Shown: positions 54,416 to 62,240 of the stretch, piece after piece
Position numbering within the stretch: the stretch's first letter is position 1
Layout of the letters: every line of letters starts with the position of its first letter
DNA from: a virus
DNA length: 64,000 bases
IMG/VR virus record: IMGVR_UViG_3300021962_000027
Strand: one strand, 5' to 3'
The notes under the pieces: model-generated
The model's input: only the letters and a program-made list of their open reading frames with translations
Databases searched by the model: none
Told to the model about the DNA's origin: nothing
Position numbers and translations under genes: made by a program

Positions 54416-54795
54416 TGGGTTTTATTAAACGAAATAAATATACTTTTGAGATATATCTCACTGATAAGGGTAGAGAGGCCTTTGTTAATAAAGGTTTTAA
54501 AAATAGTGTTACTTATTTTTCATTAATTGATAATAATAATTATCAACAAATGTCTGGCTTTGACGTTAACCTTTTAACAGGTCAAACAATACCAACGATA
54601 AAATATTACGATAACACGGAAGTTAATGACAGTGATGAAGTATATACACAGAATTCTAATAGGGGTTCCGTGGATAATAATATTGAGTTTACAAACGGTT
54701 TTTTGGGTGTGTCTCAGACAGCTGAGAATAACTATATCGTATATGAACCAGATATTTCACCAGAAACATTAGGTATAACAACATTTAAAGACTAA
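54415..54795 (+). CDS. Small structural protein carrying only the LT..GR collar N-terminal motif
   Basis: MGFI...YLTDKGRE.F..G....YFSLID. Confidence 0.55.
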   Translation: MGFIKRNKYTFEIYLTDKGREAFVNKGFKNSVTYFSLIDNNNYQQMSGFDVNLLTGQTIPTIKYYDNTEVNDSDEVYTQNSNRGSVDNNIEFTNGFLGVSQTAENNYIVYEPDISPETLGITTFKD

Positions 54796-54796
54796 A

Positions 54797-55852
54797 ATGG
54801 CTAGACAATATAACCTTAAAAATTTTAATGGTATACATTTAAAATCACCATATGATTATGATTCGTATAATACTAATGGTATTAGTGCGTTAATTGAAAA
54901 TTTTGATTTATACCCATTAAAAAGTACTGATATCACGGATTTTCATTTTATCAACAGCTCAATTAGATTAGTTGATCAGGGTTCGATTTATTATGGAAAA
55001 ATACTAGGTGATGGATTTATTGGGGATAATCTATATGTCACAAGAACACATGATTTAACTTATTCACAGATAAGAAAAGATAACGAATTAGTTAAAGGTG
55101 AAAAGTATTTTAACGACTTTAATTTTTATTTTAATTTTAATGGTACTGATGCATCTGGTTTTGATATTGGTAGTACGGGCTATACAATAAATGTTAGTTT
55201 ATATGTTATATTAGGTAATACTAAAAGAAAATTAAAATTAACTGACTTAAGGGTTTATGATTACACAAACCCAACATATAGTGGTACAAAAGATAACCCA
55301 GTAGATGCTGGATATAAAACCATGGTAGTTGGATCTATTTATGATAATAAAGTGAACATAGTTAGTGATAACATTGTGATGTCCTTTTTACCCAAACCAA
55401 GGGCTTATGATATCTATAATAATATGGGTATCACAACTGGTTCAACAATAAGTTATTCATATGTTGAGGGTGATAGCGGTAGTATTAATTATGGTAATGG
55501 TATTAGTACCAGTATTGGTCCATCATCGGTAATGAGACGAATTTCATTTTCAAAACCAGAAGTTTATGCTGGTCCAGGTATTAATACACCAGATGACTAT
55601 CAAGTTATCGATGTTGGTTTTGAACCATCTGAAATAGCACCATTTGATGTTATGTCGGGTCCATTATTTAGGGTAACCGCTTCATTGGATGTTTCATCTG
55701 AGTTGGAGTTCGATTCAAATATTTGTACAGGTAACAAAGAGTATAAAATATTGGTTGATTATAACGGGACTATGTCTAAAACAATAATAACTTATGAAAT
55801 GGATACGTATATGGATGAAGCATCTTCGTTACCAACAGCATTACCAGCTTAA
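54797..55852 (+). CDS. Hypothetical virion structural protein (351 aa)
   Basis: Coupled ORF in the late block. Confidence 0.55.
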   Translation: MARQYNLKNFNGIHLKSPYDYDSYNTNGISALIENFDLYPLKSTDITDFHFINSSIRLVDQGSIYYGKILGDGFIGDNLYVTRTHDLTYSQIRKDNELVKGEKYFNDFNFYFNFNGTDASGFDIGSTGYTINVSLYVILGNTKRKLKLTDLRVYDYTNPTYSGTKDNPVDAGYKTMVVGSIYDNKVNIVSDNIVMSFLPKPRAYDIYNNMGITTGSTISYSYVEGDSGSINYGNGISTSIGPSSVMRRISFSKPEVYAGPGINTPDDYQVIDVGFEPSEIAPFDVMSGPLFRVTASLDVSSELEFDSNICTGNKEYKILVDYNGTMSKTIITYEMDTYMDEASSLPTALPA

Positions 55853-55865
55853 TTAAATAAAAGAT

Positions 55866-56468
55866 ATGGCAACTATTCAATACGGAACAAAAGTTGTAAA
55901 GGTGATGCCCACTTTTAGTTTTGTTATCTCTAAAAACAATTTCTACATTAATACACCAGGTTTTAGTGTAAATGCAACAACTGATAAATATTTATCACTT
56001 GAAAAAGATGGTACTTTCAATATTTTAAACACAAATACGCAACCGATATATTTTAATGACATAACATTTGTTAAAGCAACACCCAGGGATTCAGAATTAA
56101 AATCCAGATCAAACTTTATTAAGGTTTTACTAACTAAAACATATGAAACTGAAACAAAATATTATCAGGAATATACGGTATCAACTAATGGTATCGTTAC
56201 TGGTATATTAACAATTGTCACTGATTTAAGCGTTATTGGTTCAAATAAAGTAATAATACCGTTAGCTAGATTAGAATTTTCAGCTTTTTATGAGGTTAAA
56301 AATCTCGGGCAACTAAGTAAACACTATTATGGTAAAACAACCAATAACCCGTTAAAAAGAGTTGGTATCGTAGATTTTACCTTTAATTTAAAGGCTTATG
56401 GTGATAAAGAACTCACTAAATTAATAAACGAAGAACTTGTTATATCAACAATTTTGGTAAATACGTAA
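55866..56468 (+). CDS. Hypothetical beta-rich protein (200 aa)
   Basis: ORF in the late block. Confidence 0.55.
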   Translation: MATIQYGTKVVKVMPTFSFVISKNNFYINTPGFSVNATTDKYLSLEKDGTFNILNTNTQPIYFNDITFVKATPRDSELKSRSNFIKVLLTKTYETETKYYQEYTVSTNGIVTGILTIVTDLSVIGSNKVIIPLARLEFSAFYEVKNLGQLSKHYYGKTTNNPLKRVGIVDFTFNLKAYGDKELTKLINEELVISTILVNT

Positions 56469-56486
56469 AAAATACAAATGAGGCTA

Positions 56487-56494
56487 TATTTATT
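56487..56494 (+). promoter_or_regulatory. Putative late promoter TATTTATT
   Basis: TATATTTATTATAAG in the spacer before 56555. Confidence 0.45.
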
Positions 56495-56554
56495 ATAAGA
56501 AAATAATAGCTTGACTTATATAATAAAATTAATATTTTTAAATAAAAAAACAAT

Positions 56555-56800
56555 ATGGGGTTCGTACCACAAAGCGGAAGCACCGATGAAATTAAAGTCT
56601 ACCTAACAGAATTGGGTAGAAGAAGACTTTTGGAACAAGGTTTCATACCAGCACAATTCTCTATATCTGATGAAGATGGTAACTACAATGCGTTATCAAC
56701 TGTTGATCAGGTTGTTACAGATATCACTGGTGATTACAATGATAATGTTTATGCAATATCAAAGAACATTACAATAAAAGGCCAAATTTTAAGAAAATAA
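56555..56800 (+). CDS. Small structural protein carrying only the LT..GR collar N-terminal motif (81 aa)
   Basis: MGFV...YLTELGRRRLLEQG....FSISDED.NY. Confidence 0.6.
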   Translation: MGFVPQSGSTDEIKVYLTELGRRRLLEQGFIPAQFSISDEDGNYNALSTVDQVVTDITGDYNDNVYAISKNITIKGQILRK

Positions 56801-56804
56801 TATA

Positions 56805-58661
56805 ATGAGCGCAATATTAAAAGTTAGAATCCCATATTACGGTAGAACCATCTCAACAGGTACAGATGGTGTAGCCGAATTCTATTTATTAGAAAAACCA
56901 AAATATGTACCAGCTTTAAATCAAACAGTTGTTATTACCCATACTGAGGTATCAACTAGTACTGGTTTGAACACAAAATTAACGAATATATCAACTAACA
57001 CTGTTTTGGGTAGATTTCAAGCGGCACCAGATTTATCATCTAATGCTACTGCGATTTCGGCAAATGGTGGTTATAGCTATTTATATACAATTGCGTATAA
57101 TGATACCGAGTTTTCACAACCACAATATGGTGGTACTTGCCGTGGTTATATTGAATTTGATTATAACCCAGCTAATTATAATATTTTAAAACCAGTTGAG
57201 AGTGTTGTGGTTGTTAATGAAACAGTACCATTTGATTTAGCTAATGGTTACCAAACACTTAATCATAATTTTACTGGAACAACATTAAATACAACTGATG
57301 TTTTACCAGGGTTTTTTGTTGGTAGACAAGATAATAATACAATTTTCGCCAATTTATTAAAATCACTTAATCTACCTGTTACTGATGAAGAATATAAAAA
57401 ATATTCAAGAACTGCATATGGTACTTTAAGCATTGCGGGTACGAATGACACGGTTGCTATTAGAAAAAATGGTGTCAACTATAAATGGACTGCAATTACG
57501 TCTTCATATACGGGTACAACTGACGCATTATTGGTACACCCAACAACAGGTTACACTGGTGAATACTATAACACTGTTATGCAAACAATTGGTTGTAATG
57601 AGTTTGAAGCAAACAAACCATGGAATATCCCAGTACCAAATGATATGTATTTAATTTTTGAGGTACCTAATAACAAATATGGTGAAATTATAGATGGTAA
57701 AACTGTTAAATTCACATTACCTTATTATGTTGGTACTGAATCGTCTAACGCTGATGAAAAACGTTTAGGTGTTATGACGTATATCGGCACTGAATCAACA
57801 ATTGATTTATATGGTACATATAATGAAGCTGGTATTAACAATAATTTGGATAGAAAATTATCTGAGCCAAATATTAGTTTATCAACATTGGGTGTTAGAC
57901 CTGATTTAGCTAATGTAACTGAAACCACTTATGAGAGTAACGCTGTTCTTTTATTCTGTGATGATATCGCAGCCCCATCAGCTAACTTTAATAACTGGGG
58001 TGACGGCTACACCGAAGTACTTAACGGTACTAAAGTTTTCTCACCAACAGCACAGGAAAAACCAACGTATAATTATAAAAATGATACTTGTGTTGGTGTT
58101 GCTTATCTCGATAAAGGTTTTATCGTTGTAACACATCCATTGATCGTTGACTCATACTTTAAGGCTATTTTTGACGGTGATATTGTTACAGCTGGTACAA
58201 CAAATGTTCTTAAAAATTATGATTTAATTAACGGTATTACCACTGATACTAGAGGTGACGTTAGAACAACTGATTCAGGGGATACTGAACAACTTATTGT
58301 AACTAAAGATGGTACCGATATTCTATGGGATAGTACACAATTTATTTACACTGGTGCTCAAACATCTGAATTAAGCTATAATAGCTATAACACCGAAAAA
58401 TCATTAAATGTCGTTTGTTTAGCGTCATCGGATGAGTTCTTTAAGTCATCTAATGACACAGCTAAAGAATTACAAGGTGTTGGGCAAACTGAAGATTACG
58501 CCTCATTTAAATCAACAAATGGTGATTTATACCCAGTTATCATTACCCAATTAGGTATCCACGATGCCCAGGGTAATTTATTAGCTATTTGTAAACCAAC
58601 TCAACCAATTAAAAAGTATTGGTATGATGTTGTTTCATTTAATGTGAAAATAAGACTATAA
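56805..58661 (+). CDS. Structural protein carrying the collar C-terminal motif (618 aa)
   Basis: VG.AYLDKG.IV.THP and C-terminal F..S.N ... ITQLGIHDAQGNLLAICKPTQPIKK, similar to the C-terminus of 51689..54415. Confidence 0.55.
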   Translation: MSAILKVRIPYYGRTISTGTDGVAEFYLLEKPKYVPALNQTVVITHTEVSTSTGLNTKLTNISTNTVLGRFQAAPDLSSNATAISANGGYSYLYTIAYNDTEFSQPQYGGTCRGYIEFDYNPANYNILKPVESVVVVNETVPFDLANGYQTLNHNFTGTTLNTTDVLPGFFVGRQDNNTIFANLLKSLNLPVTDEEYKKYSRTAYGTLSIAGTNDTVAIRKNGVNYKWTAITSSYTGTTDALLVHPTTGYTGEYYNTVMQTIGCNEFEANKPWNIPVPNDMYLIFEVPNNKYGEIIDGKTVKFTLPYYVGTESSNADEKRLGVMTYIGTESTIDLYGTYNEAGINNNLDRKLSEPNISLSTLGVRPDLANVTETTYESNAVLLFCDDIAAPSANFNNWGDGYTEVLNGTKVFSPTAQEKPTYNYKNDTCVGVAYLDKGFIVVTHPLIVDSYFKAIFDGDIVTAGTTNVLKNYDLINGITTDTRGDVRTTDSGDTEQLIVTKDGTDILWDSTQFIYTGAQTSELSYNSYNTEKSLNVVCLASSDEFFKSSNDTAKELQGVGQTEDYASFKSTNGDLYPVIITQLGIHDAQGNLLAICKPTQPIKKYWYDVVSFNVKIRL

Positions 58662-58672
58662 TTTAAAAATAT

Positions 58673-59269
58673 ATGCAAGAGATACAAGAAGAATTTTACT
58701 TACTTGGACTAGACGTTTCAACTAAAACAATCGGAATTTCATTATTCAACAATAAAGGTGAGCTTTTGGAGTTAACACACATTTCCCCAAAAGCTAAACC
58801 TGAACCAAAAACAAAAACAGAGGAGCTTATTAAAAAAGCTGATTTATTTTATGACTTCATCCAGAAGTATAGAAAAATGGCTATTAAATACATTGTGATT
58901 GAAGAACCTTTGTTACGTTCAAACAATGTTAATACAGTTGGAACTTTATTACGTTTTAACGGTATGGTTACTAAAATTTGTTATGACGTTATCGGGGTTG
59001 TCCCAGAATACGTTTCGACTTATGAGGCTAGAAAAAATGCGTTTCCATCATTAATGCAACCTAATTCATCTGGTAAACCAGTTTTATTCGGTGGGCTACC
59101 AAAAGATGTTGATAAGAAAAAAATCGTATGGGATCTTGTTGCTAAAAGAGAACCCGCTATTAATTGGTTATTGGACAAAAAAGGTCAGTTAAAAAAAGAG
59201 AATTTTGATATGTCTGACGCATACACCGTAATGTTAGCTTTCGCCCACCAAAAAGAAATTTTTGAATAA
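58673..59269 (+). CDS. ruvC: RuvC-like Holliday junction resolvase
   Basis: LLGLDVSTKTIG, IVIEEP, K(K)..V and DMSDA acidic tetrad pattern. Confidence 0.85.
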   Translation: MQEIQEEFYLLGLDVSTKTIGISLFNNKGELLELTHISPKAKPEPKTKTEELIKKADLFYDFIQKYRKMAIKYIVIEEPLLRSNNVNTVGTLLRFNGMVTKICYDVIGVVPEYVSTYEARKNAFPSLMQPNSSGKPVLFGGLPKDVDKKKIVWDLVAKREPAINWLLDKKGQLKKENFDMSDAYTVMLAFAHQKEIFE

Positions 59270-59270
59270 A

Positions 59271-59302
59271 TTTGGTTGTTCGAAAATAATTCCTTACATT
59301 TG
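59271..59302 (+). promoter_or_regulatory. Bacteroidota-type host sigma promoter
   Basis: TTTG at 59271-59274, 20-nt spacer, TACATTTG at 59295-59302. Confidence 0.8.
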
Positions 59303-59310
59303 TGGGAATT

Positions 59311-60276
59311 ATGGAGATTATCAGTAAAGAGTTAGAGGTTGACAAACTAGTTTTTTTGTTAGAGTCATTTTTAGGTGAACCTAGGAAGCATAACAAAAGA
59401 GCTAGACAAATCAGTTTTGACTGCCCGAATTGTTCAGCAATGAAGGGTATTGAATATGACCGTAAAGGTAATCTTGAAATATCTTATAAAGATGGTATCT
59501 ATCATTGTTGGGCATGTGGTGAAACAGATGAGACAAAAGGTAGACTATCAAATTTAGTTAGACAATATTCAGACAAAAAAACATTAAGCGAATTCTTCAA
59601 ACTTAATTTCAAATTTAATGAATTTACAAAGGCTGAAGAAAAGAAAGATGAACTAAAGTTACCAGAAGAATATATTAAGTTAACACCTAAATTATTAGGT
59701 AGCACAGATTTTAACCCAGCATTCGCTTACTTGTATGATAGGGGTATAAATGATCAGCAGATAGATAAATTCAACATAGGTTATTGCCTAACAGGTAAAT
59801 ATCAATATAGGGTTGTTATCCCTTCATATGATTTGGAAAATAAGTTAAACTTTTTTGTAACCAGAGCCATAAACACAAAAGTAACAAAGTTTAAATACCT
59901 AAACCCATCGGTTGAAAAACAGTTGATAATCTTTAACGAAAGGTTGATTGATTGGGAAAAACCGATTTTCTTGGTTGAGGGTGTTTTTGACCATATTGTT
60001 GTACCAAACAGCATACCTTTATTAGGTAAAAAAATTTCTGACAAATTATTCAATGATTTGTACTTTAAATCAAAAAATTTTATTATTATTGCACTGGACC
60101 CAGATGCATGGAACGATACACTTAAGATTTACCAAAAATTAGATGCTGGTAAATTATATAAAAAGATATTGGTGACAAAGTTACCAGATGGTGTTGACCT
60201 ATCATTATACAATGAGAGGTTTGGACAAGAACACTTGAAAAAATTATTACAAACAAGCAAAAGAATTAAAGAATGA
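59311..60276 (+). CDS. dnaG: DNA primase (Zn finger + TOPRIM)
   Basis: CPNC...HCWAC; YL.DRGI; RVVIP; KYLNP; LVEGVFD; ALDPDA. The start is placed at ATG 59311 because GTG 59302 overlaps the promoter. Confidence 0.88.
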   Translation: MEIISKELEVDKLVFLLESFLGEPRKHNKRARQISFDCPNCSAMKGIEYDRKGNLEISYKDGIYHCWACGETDETKGRLSNLVRQYSDKKTLSEFFKLNFKFNEFTKAEEKKDELKLPEEYIKLTPKLLGSTDFNPAFAYLYDRGINDQQIDKFNIGYCLTGKYQYRVVIPSYDLENKLNFFVTRAINTKVTKFKYLNPSVEKQLIIFNERLIDWEKPIFLVEGVFDHIVVPNSIPLLGKKISDKLFNDLYFKSKNFIIIALDPDAWNDTLKIYQKLDAGKLYKKILVTKLPDGVDLSLYNERFGQEHLKKLLQTSKRIKE

Positions 60277-61016
60277 TAACATTAGATCACGCAACCCACA
60301 CGTACAGTAACAGTAAAAAACCCACTGTTAAGTATACGTCAGTTACTACTGTATTGGGGCAGTACAAAGAAAAATTTGACGAGGATTTCCATGCGGAGAG
60401 AATCGCACAAAGAAAAGGTGTAGAGAAAGAAGAGATTATTGCCGAATGGCGAGAGATAAACCGAATGGCTAATGAGTATGGTACCGCTTTGCACGAAATT
60501 CTTGAAAGATTTTTGTTGGCACCTAACAGAATGTACTCACCGAGAGACGAGTTTGAAAAAATTGTAATTGGTGCGTTTAGGGATGTTTGTTACGAAGAGA
60601 ATTTAAGTTTGATCGATAGTCCATACCTTAAACCAGAACACATCATGTCGATTGAATTTAACGATGATGAGGGTGTTGCAGGTACTTCGGATATTATTGA
60701 GGATTTACCAGACGGTATGTTCTTCAATGTATGGGATTTTAAGACAAACAAAAGGTTTGAGTATGAAAACAAATATGGTGAATTTTTACATTTTCCGTTA
60801 AACCATTTGGCCCACTGTCAGTATAATGATTACACAATTCAATTATCCGTATATGGTGTGATGTATGAGAGAGAAACTGGTAAGAAATTTAATCGTGGTG
60901 GTTTATTCTACTGGGATAAAAACATTCAAATCTTCAAATTGATCCCAATTGGGTATATGAAAAAAGAAGCTGAAATGCTTATCGAACACTATAAAATGAA
61001 AAGACTTATATTATGA
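60273..61016 (+). CDS. PD-(D/E)XK exonuclease
   Basis: SVTT, GT.LH, E, AGTSD, WDFKT and Y..QLS.Y motifs. Confidence 0.85.
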   Translation: MITLDHATHTYSNSKKPTVKYTSVTTVLGQYKEKFDEDFHAERIAQRKGVEKEEIIAEWREINRMANEYGTALHEILERFLLAPNRMYSPRDEFEKIVIGAFRDVCYEENLSLIDSPYLKPEHIMSIEFNDDEGVAGTSDIIEDLPDGMFFNVWDFKTNKRFEYENKYGEFLHFPLNHLAHCQYNDYTIQLSVYGVMYERETGKKFNRGGLFYWDKNIQIFKLIPIGYMKKEAEMLIEHYKMKRLIL

Positions 61017-61813
61017 TAGAAACAATCGCACACATAGCGGATATTCATTTCAGGAATATCCAAAGACATAACGAGTTTAGAGCAATTTGCGAAAACTTCT
61101 TTGACCAAATGAAAAAGATTAAACCAGAAAGGATTGTTATTGCTGGTGATATCGTGCATTCAAGAAATCAAATCAGCCCTGAATTAGTCAGTGAAGTATC
61201 TTGGTTCTTAAGCGGCTGTTCTAAGGCCGCTGGTAAGGTTATTATCATTCCAGGGAATCATGACATCGTTGAACAGAATAAAGAGCGCATGGACGCTCTA
61301 ACACCTATCATTAACGCTTTGGATGCCGATAACATTGTTTATTACACAAAGTCTGGTTTATATCAAGATGAGAACGTTGTTTGGTCAGTATTCAGTATTT
61401 TTGATAACCATATGTCGCCAGAACAGTTAGAAATGAGACCTTTTGGCGGATTATACGTTGGATTATACCATGGTACTATTGTTGGTGCTGTAAATGAGCA
61501 GGGTTTTAAATTCACTCACGGTGCTGATACAAATAAATTCAGACATTGTGACATGGTTCTTTGTGGTGATATCCATAAAAGACAGGTTTTCATGGTTGAC
61601 GAAACCAAACCAGTTATTATGGTTGGATCATTTATTCAGCAAAATTTTGGTGAAACTGTTAGTCAACATGGTTTTAATATCGTAAAAATTAATAACGACA
61701 AGTTATTATCATACGAATTTCATGATATTGAGAACCCAGTTAAATACCTAACATTTAAAATAACCGATATAAGTGATATAGAGGATAATAACGAACTTTT
61801 AGTCAATGCCTAA
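61013..61813 (+). CDS. sbcD: SbcD / Mre11 / gp47-like nuclease (catalytic domain only)
   Basis: HIADIH, AGD, GNHD, HG, GDIH and GS..QQNFGE motifs. Confidence 0.9.
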   Translation: MIETIAHIADIHFRNIQRHNEFRAICENFFDQMKKIKPERIVIAGDIVHSRNQISPELVSEVSWFLSGCSKAAGKVIIIPGNHDIVEQNKERMDALTPIINALDADNIVYYTKSGLYQDENVVWSVFSIFDNHMSPEQLEMRPFGGLYVGLYHGTIVGAVNEQGFKFTHGADTNKFRHCDMVLCGDIHKRQVFMVDETKPVIMVGSFIQQNFGETVSQHGFNIVKINNDKLLSYEFHDIENPVKYLTFKITDISDIEDNNELLVNA

Positions 61814-62240
61814 TATAACGATAGAAAAATCATTATACGATGAAATAGCGGGCTTCTGTGAGCTTAATTCGATAACAGATGTTAATGGCTTTATAAATAA
61901 AACCCTTAACAAAGGTTTCGATATGGAAAAATACGGTGAATCATTCGCTTTATTATTTAATAAATCTTCTGAAGATATTATACATATTAAACCAAAAAAA
62001 GAAGAACCTAAAGTTATTGAACAGTTAGTGATTGAACCAGAGGTTAATGTTAAAAAACGTGGTAGAAAGAAAAAAGAAGAACCTAAAGTTGAGGAGATCA
62101 CACCAGAAGTTATTCTACCCGAGGTGGAAAAAGAGCCGATCTATAAAATAAAAGAAGAAGAGATTAAAAAAGTTGAAAAAAAATACGTAACTTTGAAAAA
62201 TAAGAGGGACGACAATTACGATGTATATGACGAAATCTAA
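61806..62240 (+). CDS. Hypothetical protein, possible RHH-like N-terminus and charged tail
   Basis: ITIEKSLYDEI..FCE.N.I..V..FI..; KKRGRKKK. Confidence 0.55.
   Translation: MPNITIEKSLYDEIAGFCELNSITDVNGFINKTLNKGFDMEKYGESFALLFNKSSEDIIHIKPKKEEPKVIEQLVIEPEVNVKKRGRKKKEEPKVEEITPEVILPEVEKEPIYKIKEEEIKKVEKKYVTLKNKRDDNYDVYDEI

Noticed and set aside
56511-56540. TTGACT...TATAAT sigma70 promoter
   Set aside because: The hexamers are only 2 nt apart, and the correctly spaced alternative lacks the TTTG end
187-58661. Bacterial extracellular contractile injection system or tailocin
   Set aside because: The tail genes are interleaved with phage-type replication genes (gp32-like SSB, UvsX, helicase, primase, gp46/47-like), which indicates a phage genome
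60273-61016. Cas4 or a CRISPR-associated locus
   Set aside because: It lacks the four-cysteine Fe-S pattern and there is no array or other cas gene; it is an ordinary phage PD-(D/E)XK nuclease
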